From Verrucomicrobiaceae bacterium (GTDB lineage: Bacteria > Verrucomicrobiota > Verrucomicrobiia > Verrucomicrobiales > Akkermansiaceae): 64,000 nucleotides of DNA. Under the pieces are notes generated by a model. It had not been told where the DNA came from and searched no databases. It saw nothing but the letters and a program-made list of their open reading frames with translations. This document shows positions 17,884 to 27,774 of the stretch, piece by piece (position 1 is the stretch's first letter; every line of letters starts with the position of its first letter). The position numbers and the translations under genes are program-made. The DNA lies in NCBI GenBank assembly GCA_051252135.1, contig JBPOGH010000014.1:1-64000 (forward strand). The letters run 5' to 3'.

Positions 17884-20800
17884 ACCCGCTTCCGGTCCGA
17901 TTGCTGCGCGTTGGCGTGAAAAAACGTCGTCAGGGCTCCACCATTGGGAATGTCCTCCGCGATCACCACCCATTCCAACGGGCTGCTGACATCGCCGGAG
18001 ACTGAATGCTCCAGAGTCTCCACATCGTAAAAAGCCGGACCGTCCGCGGAATCCCACCGAATCCCAAAGGACCCGGTCGGAAAAAGTCCCAAAAAGGTGA
18101 CTTTGATCTCCGTGGGGCCCACATCAACAGGGTCCGGTTTTTCCAGAGCGCTAAACACCTGCAAGCCCTCCTGCCCCACCTGATACACCTCCGCCATTTC
18201 CTCCTCGCTCAGCGCTCTCTCAAAGACCACCAGATCATCGATCAACCCGTTCAACTCCCGATTGTTGCAACAAGGATCATCCCCGATGAAATACCCAAGA
18301 TCAGGAGCGACATAGGAAGTCGGACCACTCGACGCTACCACCACCACTCCGTCCAGATAAGTCTTGGAGCTCCCCGTCACCCCATCGGTTTCCCAGGTGA
18401 TCGCCACATGATGCCATCCACTGGTCGCCGTCACACTCCCGTCGGGAGATTTCTTTCCCGCGCTGCCTCCTCCAACATTGTCAATCCGCCCCTCAAACAC
18501 CTGCTCCCTCACATTCAATCCCCAGTTGCTCGTGTTGCGGCCCGAGTAAACACCCTTATACGCACCGTCCGATTTGAGCTTGATCCAGGCAGACATCGTC
18601 AGCGCCGTGGCCGATTCCGGGATCGCATTGGCCGCCCCAAGTGACGCCGAACCGCCGAGGTCCAACGAGCCTTCTCCGATTTGCTGGCCGGACGAGGTCC
18701 ACGTAATCGTCCCCTGATTTTGAACCGCGTTCTGGCTCCCATCGAGACTCGCATAATCCGTCGCCGTGTCGCCGGCCCCTTCATCGAAGGAATAGTAGGC
18801 CAACAGCCCGGGGATCACCGGCAGACTTCCGCTATCGTTGGGATTACTCTCGAATTCCACCTCCACATCATCCTGAAAGCCATCGCCATCGGAGTCGCGG
18901 TCGTTCGGATCGGAAGCATACACATTGACTTCATCCGAATCACTCAAGCCCTCGCCATCCGTGTCCGCAAGAGTCGGGTCGGTCCCCGCCGTGTATTCCT
19001 GCAAATCCGTGAGATCATCTCCGTCCGAATTCGAGGTCGCACTGGCACTCGTCAGGTTGCTGAAAAAACGATGCTCCCAACCATCATCGATCCCGTCGCT
19101 ATCCGTATCCACATTCGTTTCATTGGAAGCCTTCGTTAAGGTCATCCGTGTCACCGTCCAGTTCGGGTCGCTCCCCCCATTGTCCGAAAAGGTAATATCC
19201 AGCTGCCCGTCGGCCACCACCACCTGAAAGGTCACATACGGAAATTCCGCAACCCCGTGATCCACATCGTCATCAAAAACAATCCCCTCCGCCGCCACCT
19301 GCATGTTGTCATGCGCAAACTCCGCATCCCCCATGTTCAGCGTCACATTCCACGTCCCCGGCGAAATTTTATGGCTCAAGGTGATTTCCCGGGAGTCCTG
19401 CACCACATCGATGTTGATCTCATTGATCCCCCCTGCCGGAGTCCGATAATGGGCCTGAGGCTTCAACGACCAAAAAATATCGCCGTTCGTCTCGGGTGAA
19501 ATCTGGGACCACCCGGCCCTCACCGGAGAATCAAAGGTGCCAAAGTCATAGTCATACTTCTCCTTCGACAGATCCACCGTCACCAGAGGATTGGCCGCCA
19601 ACTCCACCTGCACATTCCCCCAACTCCCGCTCCCCGCACTGTCCCTCACAAAATAATGAAAGGCATCCCGCCCCGCACTCGCATTGCCCGGCGGCGTATA
19701 ACGCACCACATCCCTCCCCCCCGGACCCACCCCGTGGACCACCTCAATAGTGCCACCCTTCGTCGTCGTCGCCGTCGTCACATTGTTCACCTTAAGCGAT
19801 TCAATGTGCAGCGAATCATTGTTCGCATCGAAGTCGTTCTTCAACACATCCAAATCCAACGCCGAACCGCCAATCAGCGCATTGAATCGATCCAACGGAC
19901 AATACGCCCCCTGACTCACATCCGAATGATCCGGATTCGCCTCCACCGTATAACTCCCCAAATCCACCAACACCCCGTTCCCCCGCGAATTCCGGTGCGC
20001 CAACATCTTCTCCACCTCACGCGAGTTCGCCCGCTCCCGAAACCCGCCAATCATCCCCGGCGACATCGTATCGCCCCACGGAGTAAAATCATCAATATCC
20101 CCCCCATCACCATGGCCCAGCGTCCAGCTATGCCCCAGCTCATGAAGCAATCCCCCACGCCAAAGCCCCTGACTCGTCCCAGCCGTCGCAATGTTGTATT
20201 TGTTGCTCGTCCCAATTGTCCCCACATAAGCCAACCCCGTCACCCCGATCCCTTTTCCAAACCCGCAATGCGCCACATCGTGTGTCGAGGATGGCCGGTC
20301 AGCGCCATTCCAAATCCCGCGGAACCTCGATAGCAGAGCCGACGAATTGCTCTCGCCCTGATAAGGATCGGTCGCCGCACTCGTCCGAATCACCACCGTT
20401 CCCACCACGTGCTCGCACAGCACATCCGAAATCCAAATCCGGTTGATCGCAAACATCCGCTCATCAATCGCCGCCATCACATTCGCGGTGCTACTCCCGT
20501 ATTTTTGGTAATAGGTGTAATCAAAATCAAAGCCCATTTCCGCCTGCTTTACCGTCACCGTCGTCGGCAGCGCAAAATCCTTCGTCACCTTCGCTGAAGC
20601 CTCCCCGTCATGTCCGTGCACCAACCCGTCCTTTTCCGCCGTCCCCGCGTGCTGCGCCGCACACGTGGCACAGCTTAAAAGATGGTCCTCGGACCCCTCC
20701 TCATAGATCACATATTCATTGGAACCCTTCTCCGCTCCCGGCGCCGGCTCGGCGATCCAGGTGATTCCACCCGCCTCCACCACCGTGATCTTCAGTCCCG

Positions 20801-21143
20801 CCTCGGTCCGGACCGCATTCACATGATCATCCGGAGAGCCGTTGATTTTTCCAAGGTAAGACCCCACCGGACAATCAAAACATTCCCGCAACTCCCCGTC
20901 CTCTCCCTGAAGTAAAAGCCTGAAATTTTCTCCCCGATGCGAATGCTTCTTCAGCGAAATCGTCCGCTTCTTTCCCAACCGCGTCACCGACACCTCCATC
21001 TTGTTGGGCAGACCCTGGTCCACTGCAATTCGCTGTCGCTCAACATTGTGAACCGCCCCTTCCAACCGAACGGGCTCCTCGCAAAACCCACGAAAACTAA
21101 CGAGGAAGAACACGGAAAAAAGGATTGGGGAACGAAAAGTCAT
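17853..21143 (-). CDS. Secreted reprolysin/M12-like zinc metalloprotease with Ig-like, TSP3-like and LamG domains and C-terminal module
   Basis: HELGHSWTLGH metzincin motif; LDVLKND..YTPP..DAFHY Ig-like domain; DxDxDG repeats; LLAYYSFDEG..WHHVAITW..GLIDDL LamG; ends RVYRVVGRDAP. Start is 21143 or 21185. Confidence 0.88.
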   Translation of the reverse strand: MTFRSPILFSVFFLVSFRGFCEEPVRLEGAVHNVERQRIAVDQGLPNKMEVSVTRLGKKRTISLKKHSHRGENFRLLLQGEDGELRECFDCPVGSYLGKINGSPDDHVNAVRTEAGLKITVVEAGGITWIAEPAPGAEKGSNEYVIYEEGSEDHLLSCATCAAQHAGTAEKDGLVHGHDGEASAKVTKDFALPTTVTVKQAEMGFDFDYTYYQKYGSSTANVMAAIDERMFAINRIWISDVLCEHVVGTVVIRTSAATDPYQGESNSSALLSRFRGIWNGADRPSSTHDVAHCGFGKGIGVTGLAYVGTIGTSNKYNIATAGTSQGLWRGGLLHELGHSWTLGHGDGGDIDDFTPWGDTMSPGMIGGFRERANSREVEKMLAHRNSRGNGVLVDLGSYTVEANPDHSDVSQGAYCPLDRFNALIGGSALDLDVLKNDFDANNDSLHIESLKVNNVTTATTTKGGTIEVVHGVGPGGRDVVRYTPPGNASAGRDAFHYFVRDSAGSGSWGNVQVELAANPLVTVDLSKEKYDYDFGTFDSPVRAGWSQISPETNGDIFWSLKPQAHYRTPAGGINEINIDVVQDSREITLSHKISPGTWNVTLNMGDAEFAHDNMQVAAEGIVFDDDVDHGVAEFPYVTFQVVVADGQLDITFSDNGGSDPNWTVTRMTLTKASNETNVDTDSDGIDDGWEHRFFSNLTSASATSNSDGDDLTDLQEYTAGTDPTLADTDGEGLSDSDEVNVYASDPNDRDSDGDGFQDDVEVEFESNPNDSGSLPVIPGLLAYYSFDEGAGDTATDYASLDGSQNAVQNQGTITWTSSGQQIGEGSLDLGGSASLGAANAIPESATALTMSAWIKLKSDGAYKGVYSGRNTSNWGLNVREQVFEGRIDNVGGGSAGKKSPDGSVTATSGWHHVAITWETDGVTGSSKTYLDGVVVVASSGPTSYVAPDLGYFIGDDPCCNNRELNGLIDDLVVFERALSEEEMAEVYQVGQEGLQVFSALEKPDPVDVGPTEIKVTFLGLFPTGSFGIRWDSADGPAFYDVETLEHSVSGDVSSPLEWVVIAEDIPNGGALTTFFHANAQQSDRKRVYRVVGRDAP

Positions 21144-21328
21144 AAAATCAGGCGCATCTAAATCTATAATACAAATTTTCGCCATTCCTGAGCGTTTTTT
21201 TCACTTTCTCTGATTTCTCCATCGGGGTTCGCCACCCGTGATCTTGACCCCCTTCTCCGAAAGTGCTACCTTCCCCAATCGTCGCGAAATTTTTTCGTGG
21301 CGATACACACCTACACTACCAAGAAACA

Positions 21329-21862
21329 ATGAAACGATTGATGACCACGATAACCGTGGCGCTGTCCCTCGTGACGTGCGCCCATGCCGACCAGTTCAAA
21401 GAACGCGCCAAGGAGATTAACAATCTCTACACCCAAGGCGTCACCGCAATGAACAATGGCCGAATCGCAGCCGCTCGTGCGGCCTTCACCCGGGTTCTGG
21501 AGCTCGAACCCGGGCATGGACACGCCAAGCACCAACTCACCCGACTCCCCATGGTCGGTAAAAATTTCCGCCTCGCCCAGCGAAAGCAGAAATTCAAAAC
21601 CACCGTCCTCAAGGAAATCGATTTCTACGACTCCACCCTCGAGGAAGTCGTCGAAACCCTCAACCTGCTGGCCCTAAAGGAAACAGAAAAAAAATGGAGC
21701 CCAAACTTCATCATCCAGGACCCCCGGGGCCAGGTCAAAGATAAGAAGGTCTCCCTTCAAATGAAAAACATCCCCATGAGCGCAGCCCTCCAATACGTCC
21801 TCGATATGACCGGCACCACCGTGCGCTTCGATGAACACGCCACCGTGATCCGCCCACAATAA
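21329..21862 (+). CDS. Secreted protein with TPR-like helices and an STN/secretin-N-like domain
   Basis: Signal peptide from ATG 21329; ARAAFTRVLELEPGH (TPR-like); EIDFYDSTLEEVV..VSLQMKNIPMSAALQYV (STN-like). Confidence 0.65.
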   Translation: MKRLMTTITVALSLVTCAHADQFKERAKEINNLYTQGVTAMNNGRIAAARAAFTRVLELEPGHGHAKHQLTRLPMVGKNFRLAQRKQKFKTTVLKEIDFYDSTLEEVVETLNLLALKETEKKWSPNFIIQDPRGQVKDKKVSLQMKNIPMSAALQYVLDMTGTTVRFDEHATVIRPQ

Positions 21863-21914
21863 GCCCGATCACTTCCGGAAAATTTTTTCCGCGCATCACG
21901 GGCCGATTCGTTCT

Positions 21915-22601
21915 ATGAATCGGCCCGTGAAGAAGTGGACATTTCAGGACCGGATCATCGCCCCCTCTCTCCTTGCCGCCGACTTCGGCCGCGTGAAGGA
22001 CGAAACCACCCGCGCCATCAATGCCGGTGCCGATTGGATGCACCTCGATGTCATGGACGGTCACTTCGTCGATAACATCTCCTTCGGCCCCGCACTCATT
22101 CAAGCGGTCCATGAAACCAATGACATCTTCCTCGATGTCCACCTCATGATCACCCGGCCCGATCATTTTCTCCCCCGCTTTGTCGCCGCCGGCGCCGATA
22201 TGATTACCGTCCACGTCGAACCGGAATCTGATCACAATGTCGCCTCAACTCTTGCCGCCATCAGAGACTCAGGATGCCAGGCCGGGCTTGCTCTCAATCC
22301 CGCAACCCCCTTCGAGGCCGTCGTTCCCTACCTGGCCGATATCGACCTTCTCCTCGTCATGACCGTCGTGCCCGGCTTTGGCGGCCAATCCTTCATGCCC
22401 GAAGTAATGCCCAAGATCGAAGCCGCCGTGAAACACCGCTCCACGCACAACCTGGGCTTTCACATTCAAGTCGATGGCGGCATTGGGCCCGAAACCGCCA
22501 TCACCGCAGCCCAAGCGGGTGCCAACGTCATGGTCGCCGGCTCCTCCACCTTCAGTGCTCCGGACATGTCTGCGGCCATCACCGCCATTCGACAGGCCTA
22601 A
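21915..22601 (+). CDS. rpe: Ribulose-phosphate 3-epimerase
   Basis: IAPSLLAADF, HLDVMDGHFVDN, DVHLM, MTVVPGFGGQ, VDGGI. Confidence 0.97.
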   Translation: MNRPVKKWTFQDRIIAPSLLAADFGRVKDETTRAINAGADWMHLDVMDGHFVDNISFGPALIQAVHETNDIFLDVHLMITRPDHFLPRFVAAGADMITVHVEPESDHNVASTLAAIRDSGCQAGLALNPATPFEAVVPYLADIDLLLVMTVVPGFGGQSFMPEVMPKIEAAVKHRSTHNLGFHIQVDGGIGPETAITAAQAGANVMVAGSSTFSAPDMSAAITAIRQA

Positions 22602-23179
22602 TCCCTCGCCAGCCATTCCGCAGCGCCCTCAAGCGCCCGCGCCCGGTGACTCAGGGTGTTTTTGACACTCTCTCCCAACTCCGCAAAGCTCTCGCCGAAT
22701 CCATCGGGCGAAAAGAGAGGATCGTAGCCGAACCCGCCATCCCCTTGGGGTTCGTTCAGAATCACCCCTTCCACCGCCCCATCAAAGTGCGCCAGCCTCT
22801 CACCGGCCTTCGCCAGCACAATCACACAACGGAACCGCGCCGTCCGGTCCGCCACCCCGGCCAACTCCCGAAGAAGCTTCTCGTTATTTTTCAAATCGTT
22901 CCCTTCCTCGCCACCATAACGCGAGGAATAAACGCCGGGATCACCGTCCAGCGCATCCACCTCCAGCCCCGAATCATCGGATAGGACCAGCTCATCCGTC
23001 AGTTCACTGATCGCGAGAGCCTTCAAAGTCGCATTCTCCAGAAAAGTCGTTCCCGTTTCCTCCACTTCCGGAGGATCGGAAATCACGCTCAAATCACACA
23101 CCTCAAAATCTCCCAAAATAGCCCGTATCTCCTCAACCTTATGGGCATTCCGCGTGGCCACAATGAGACGTTTCTTCAT
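22598..23179 (-). CDS. rdgB: Non-canonical purine NTP pyrophosphatase (RdgB/HAM1)
   Basis: ATRNAHKVEE, DDSGLEVDAL, GFGYDPLF, KNTLSHRARAL. Confidence 0.97.
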   Translation of the reverse strand: MKKRLIVATRNAHKVEEIRAILGDFEVCDLSVISDPPEVEETGTTFLENATLKALAISELTDELVLSDDSGLEVDALDGDPGVYSSRYGGEEGNDLKNNEKLLRELAGVADRTARFRCVIVLAKAGERLAHFDGAVEGVILNEPQGDGGFGYDPLFSPDGFGESFAELGESVKNTLSHRARALEGAAEWLARD

Positions 23180-23253
23180 GCGCTCGAGATAGCAGGCCGA
23201 AAACTTTTTTCGACCTAATTGGAATAAAAACCGCCCCCGTTACGCCTAATAGC

Positions 23254-23712
23254 ATGATGAGACCATTCACCACCATCGCCACCATCCTCCTCGCCACGGT
23301 ATCCCTCGCCGGAGCTACCGTAAAAGGATGGACCACGGATTTCGAAGCCGCCAAAGCCCAAGCCAAAAAGGAAGGGAAATCGATCCTTGTCGACTTCACC
23401 GGATCCGACTGGTGCCCTCCTTGCAAGCAGCTTCACGAAAAGGTGTTCTCCAAATCGGAGTTCATCAAAGCCGCCAAAAAAGACTTCGTCCTCGTTGAAC
23501 TCGACTATCCGCGCAAAAAGGAACTCGACCCCAAACTGAAGGAGCAAAATGACGAACTCGCAAAGAAATACAAAATCCGCGGGTTTCCCACCATCCTCCT
23601 CATGGATGCCGAGGGTAAGGTCTTCAAGCGCGCCATGGGCAATCACCCCTTCGAGGTGAAGCCATTCCTCGACATGTTGAAAACCTCACTCAAGGCAAAA
23701 AGCTTTCGTTAA
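23254..23712 (+). CDS. Exported thioredoxin-family protein (Cys-type, WCPPC)
   Basis: Signal peptide; VDFTGSDWCPPC; cis-Pro motif GFPT. Confidence 0.92.
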   Translation: MMRPFTTIATILLATVSLAGATVKGWTTDFEAAKAQAKKEGKSILVDFTGSDWCPPCKQLHEKVFSKSEFIKAAKKDFVLVELDYPRKKELDPKLKEQNDELAKKYKIRGFPTILLMDAEGKVFKRAMGNHPFEVKPFLDMLKTSLKAKSFR

Positions 23713-23753
23713 ATTTCTCCCCCCCGGACTTCCGTCCGGTAAGAGAAACTACT

Positions 23754-23796
23754 CCCCGTCGCGGTTTCCGGTGCTACCGCGGCGGGGACTTTTTTT
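23754..23796 (+). terminator. Rho-independent terminator
   Basis: CCCCGTCGCGGT / ACCGCGGCGGGG stem followed by AC and T7; a second hairpin (CCGGAC/GTCCGG) lies just upstream. Confidence 0.85.
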
Positions 23797-23799
23797 GCC

Positions 23800-24711
23800 C
23801 TAAGCCAACGGACGAAGACCAATCGTGGTCTCAATCGTATGGGAAGAATTCGGCCTCAGGGTCGGCATGTCATTCCCCGCGTTGGCCGGCTCAATACACA
23901 GAAATTCCTTATAATCACGATCGGGCAAATCCTTGAGCTTCTTCGACTTATCAATCCATGGATTCCACACCACCGTCGTCCGGGACCCCGCTTTATCGAC
24001 AAAGACGGACCGATGGCGATCCAGGTCACGCACCAGAACCGATGACATCGATTTGTAAATCCGATCGATTTCCTCATCGATAATCAAAGCACCCTCCTGA
24101 AACACCTCTTCGGCTCCAACCGGCTGGAGAAGATCCACGTAATGGGATCCCTTCAAACCTTCCACCTGAATTCGTGAGAGATCACCCACCGAAAGGTAAG
24201 TGTGCAGCGCACTACTCACCTTGTAAGGCTCTTCACCCGTGTTCTTCATCTTAAGAACCACACGCAACTTGTCCGCCACGTGAATGGTGGCCGTCAGCTC
24301 GAAGTCATGAGGAAAAAGCTTCTTCGTTTCCTCGTCCGACTTGAGCGTAAAGATCAGCTTGGCCGAACGTCCGTTGCTCTCCGCAGATTTCAGCTTCCAA
24401 AATTTTGTCCGCGCAAAACCGTGGTTCGGAAGCGTCGGGTCCTCGGAGTTTTGATTGAACCATGGCCAGCAGATCGGGATTCCTCCGCGAATCGGCTTCG
24501 TCGTGTCCATCGCCGCACGGGGACTCAAATAGAGAACCGGAGGATGATCGGTAGGCGCCCACTTGCACACCTGGGCACCAAAAGGGGAAATCGTTGCGCT
24601 GGAAAGTTCCGTGGTTACTTGAATGAGAGGCAGCGCCGGTTCAATATCATCAATTGCAAATTCGGGTGCATTGCCAAGGATGGCTTTTAATTCGTCGGTG
24701 GATTGGAGCAT
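23800..24711 (-). CDS. D-hexose-6-phosphate mutarotase (YeaD family)
   Basis: IRGGIPICWPWF, HGFAR, ALHTY, EIDRIY, VVWNPW, LCIEPAN. Confidence 0.93.
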   Translation of the reverse strand: MLQSTDELKAILGNAPEFAIDDIEPALPLIQVTTELSSATISPFGAQVCKWAPTDHPPVLYLSPRAAMDTTKPIRGGIPICWPWFNQNSEDPTLPNHGFARTKFWKLKSAESNGRSAKLIFTLKSDEETKKLFPHDFELTATIHVADKLRVVLKMKNTGEEPYKVSSALHTYLSVGDLSRIQVEGLKGSHYVDLLQPVGAEEVFQEGALIIDEEIDRIYKSMSSVLVRDLDRHRSVFVDKAGSRTTVVWNPWIDKSKKLKDLPDRDYKEFLCIEPANAGNDMPTLRPNSSHTIETTIGLRPLA

Positions 24712-24794
24712 CGTGGAAAGCGTTCAAACCGAGAGGTGCCACAGCTTTCCCGAAAAGGAAACCTAAGAATACAACTGATTTCAACGAACCAAAT

Positions 24795-25115
24795 CTACCC
24801 GCCCTGAACGCGAGTCACCTTCCCGGCCTCAATCGTGAAGTTCAGCCGATCCGGCCGATAGTCCTTTGTCACCATCGATTGCCTCCCGTCTTCGGACACC
24901 ACCCGCGCCCTTTTCCCTTCCTTTTTCGCCCGCAGCATTGCGGCCTCCTTCGTAAGCCCGATGTAGGGGGAATCAGAATTCATCGCTCGCACTGGTGTTT
25001 GGGATCTCTCCCGGTCAGGCACTGTTGAACACGAGGAAAGGGTCAGAGCCACCCCCAACCCACAAAAAACCCGCACCCTCAAAACGAGGACCGCGGGTCT
25101 GAAAAAATAGTTCAC
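24795..25115 (-). CDS. Small lipoprotein with I78-type peptidase-inhibitor-like C-terminus
   Basis: Lipobox LSSC; MVTKDYRPDRLNFTIEAGKV. Start uncertain. Confidence 0.7.
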   Translation of the reverse strand: MNYFFRPAVLVLRVRVFCGLGVALTLSSCSTVPDRERSQTPVRAMNSDSPYIGLTKEAAMLRAKKEGKRARVVSEDGRQSMVTKDYRPDRLNFTIEAGKVTRVQGG

Positions 25116-25125
25116 GAAAGAACGC

Positions 25126-25524
25126 TTACTCAGCGAGAATCTTCATCGTTGGAATCTGACCAATGTGAGGCTCACCCGAAGAACCTTGGGCAGTGGCACG
25201 GCGAAGAACAGCCTTGCTCACGGTGTCGCAGCAACCTGGGCTTGGGCAGTAGATCGATCCACAGGCCTGGCAATTCACCTTTTCGCGAACCGTGGTCTCA
25301 TAAGCGATCTGCTCGGTTACCTCGTAAGGAGTACCACCCTTGGTGCCCGGATCAACCGTGCGGGTGACGTTCTTGTATTTGGTCACCTTCTTATCAACGA
25401 GGCAGTCACCTTCACAACCAACGTGGGTGATTCCACCACCGCAACCGCCGCCAACAAGGCCACAGCATGATGAAAGGACGAGAGCGGCAAAGCCGAGAGC
25501 GAGTAGGGATGCGATTTTTTTCAT
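25126..25524 (-). CDS. Small cysteine-rich lipoprotein
   Basis: MKKIASLLALGFAALVLSSCC lipoprotein signal; Cys clusters CEGDC and CQACGSIYCPSPGCC. Confidence 0.8.
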   Translation of the reverse strand: MKKIASLLALGFAALVLSSCCGLVGGGCGGGITHVGCEGDCLVDKKVTKYKNVTRTVDPGTKGGTPYEVTEQIAYETTVREKVNCQACGSIYCPSPGCCDTVSKAVLRRATAQGSSGEPHIGQIPTMKILAE

Positions 25525-25614
25525 AAAATTAAGGTGCGTTCTTTGTGCTTCAAGAATTCAAGCAAAGGGAACCAAGGGTTGTCGAGATGGGAATTCTATT
25601 TTTCGTCGAAAATA

Positions 25615-26598
25615 TCAAGCAATCGTCAGGACCTTCTCAATGATTCTCTTCGCATTGGGCAGCTGGTCATTCTCGACATACTTCGAATAAATCGCCGGCG
25701 CATCAATGGTGCAGACCCGCTTGATCGGCGCATCCAGGTAGTCAAAGGCATATTCCTGAATCAAGGTCGCAATCTGTGCCGAAACACCGCAGAAGGGCTT
25801 GGATTCGTCCACCAGCACCGCCTTGTTGGTCTTTTTCACCGAATCAATAATCGCGTCCTGGTCCAAGGGACGAATCGAACGAAGGTCGACCACTTCCGCA
25901 TTGATTCCATGCTCGCTTTGCAGGATTTCAGCCGCTTCAAGACAGTGCAGAACACTCCGGCCGTGGGAAATCAACGAAATGTCGGTGCCCTCACGCTTAA
26001 TGTCAGCCTTTCCGAGAGGAATGATGAAATCACCATCCTCAGGATCAGGCACAGGCCCCATATTTCCGTAAAGGAGAGTGTTCTCCATCACATAAACCGG
26101 GTCATTGTCACGGATTGCCGCCTTCATCAGCCCCTTGGCATCTGCCGGAGTGGCCGGAGAACAAACCTTCAATCCCGGGAAAGCCGCAAAAAGCCCTTCA
26201 GGCGTATGTGAGTGGGTCGCACCCACGTTCGTGCCACCATTTGCCGGTCCACGCATCACGATCGGGCAGTTGATCAACCCACCGGACATGTAACGCACGC
26301 AGGCCGCATTATTCACCAGCTGGTCAAAGGCCACCGAGTGGAAAGACCAAAACATCAGCTCCATCACCGGGCGAACACCCAACATGGATGCACCAATGCC
26401 CATGCCAATGAAACCGGCTTCGGAAATCGGGGTGTCGACAATGCGCTTGTCGCCCCACTTTTCCCAAAGCCCTTCGGTGACCTTGTAAGCGCCATTGTAT
26501 TGGGCAACTTCCTCACCCATGAGGACGACGTTTTCGTCGCGTGCGAGTTCTTCGTCGAAGGCTTCGCGAAGTGCGTGGCGATATTGGAGTTCTCTCAT
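25615..26598 (-). CDS. pdhB: Pyruvate dehydrogenase E1 beta subunit
   Basis: GEEVAQYNGAYKVT, DTPISEAGF, EVVDLRSIRPLD, YLDAPIKRV. Confidence 0.96.
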   Translation of the reverse strand: MRELQYRHALREAFDEELARDENVVLMGEEVAQYNGAYKVTEGLWEKWGDKRIVDTPISEAGFIGMGIGASMLGVRPVMELMFWSFHSVAFDQLVNNAACVRYMSGGLINCPIVMRGPANGGTNVGATHSHTPEGLFAAFPGLKVCSPATPADAKGLMKAAIRDNDPVYVMENTLLYGNMGPVPDPEDGDFIIPLGKADIKREGTDISLISHGRSVLHCLEAAEILQSEHGINAEVVDLRSIRPLDQDAIIDSVKKTNKAVLVDESKPFCGVSAQIATLIQEYAFDYLDAPIKRVCTIDAPAIYSKYVENDQLPNAKRIIEKVLTIA

Positions 26599-26628
26599 CA
26601 GAAAAATTGGTAACGCGTTTGGAAAAAA

Positions 26629-27702
26629 TTAATCGTTGAAGAAATGACGGCCAATCTTGGACGCCTCGGTATTGTTGTCCGTTTCCCAGTAAACATCATT
26701 CGTGATGTCCTCAATGGTCGGAGCAGGTGACTCATCGGCAAAAATCACGGCGGCATCAGCCTCCTTTTTCGCTTCCAGACTAATCTCCTTGGCCGATTCT
26801 TCGGTCAAAAGGCCCTCTCCGATCAGACGCTGCCGCCAGAGGTTGATCGGATCGTGATTGTCCTTATAACGCTGAATTTCCTCGGGCGAACGATACTTCT
26901 TATGGTTCGCATCAGCCACCGAATGCCCGTAGTAACGGTAGGTGTTGATCTCCAGAACCGTCGGGCGGGACTCCTTGCGGGCCCGCTCCATCGCGATGTT
27001 CATCTTCGCACGAATCTCGTAAAAATCCTCACCGTTCACCACGTCCCAATCCATGTCGTAACCCTCGGCACGTTGCGCCAGACAATCCTTGTAGGCACTG
27101 GAGCGCTTCTGCGAGGTTCCCATCGAGTAACCGTTGTTCTCAATGACATACACCACGGGAATTCCGAAAAGGGCCGCAATGTTCAGCGACTCGTGAAACG
27201 CACCCTGGTTGACCGCGCCATCACCAAGGAAGCACAAAGCCGATCCCTCCTGGTTATTGTATTTCACTCCGTAGCCCAGCCCGAGACCGAGAGGAGTCTG
27301 ACCCGCCACGATCCCGTGACCGCCCCAGAAATTCTTATCAGGCGCAAAAAAGTGCATCGACCCCCCCTTGCCCTTCGAGCAACCCGTCGCCTTACCAAAT
27401 AGCTCGGCCATGCACTCATTCATCCCCATCCCAACCGCCAGCGCGTGGGCATGACAACGATAAGCCGTAATCATATGATCATGGTCGCCCATCAGGGATG
27501 CCGCACCCACCGCTACCGATTCCTGACCGATGTAGAGATGCAGGAAACCTCCCATCTTGCCCCCGTTGTATTGCTTGAGCGATGCCTGCTCAAAACGGCG
27601 AATACGCTCCATCGTGCGATAGTATTCGATTTTTTGCTCCGCGCTCAGGTCACGGTTGATAGGCGAACTGGCGAAGTCGAGAGGAGATGCGGATGCTTCC
27701 AT
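26629..27702 (-). CDS. pdhA: Pyruvate dehydrogenase E1 alpha subunit
   Basis: GGFLHLYIGQE, GKGGSMH, GDGAVNQG..ENN TPP-binding motif, TYRYYGHS. Confidence 0.96.
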   Translation of the reverse strand: MEASASPLDFASSPINRDLSAEQKIEYYRTMERIRRFEQASLKQYNGGKMGGFLHLYIGQESVAVGAASLMGDHDHMITAYRCHAHALAVGMGMNECMAELFGKATGCSKGKGGSMHFFAPDKNFWGGHGIVAGQTPLGLGLGYGVKYNNQEGSALCFLGDGAVNQGAFHESLNIAALFGIPVVYVIENNGYSMGTSQKRSSAYKDCLAQRAEGYDMDWDVVNGEDFYEIRAKMNIAMERARKESRPTVLEINTYRYYGHSVADANHKKYRSPEEIQRYKDNHDPINLWRQRLIGEGLLTEESAKEISLEAKKEADAAVIFADESPAPTIEDITNDVYWETDNNTEASKIGRHFFND

Positions 27703-27774
27703 AACAGGCTTGATGTCGTGTGGGACATAACCGCCATCCCCGACCGTGGCAAGGCTAGTCTGAAACGGGTCCGC

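Noticed and set aside
23254..23712. A third selenoprotein
   Set aside because: The active site is encoded TGG TGC CCT CCT TGC (WCPPC), an ordinary Cys thioredoxin.
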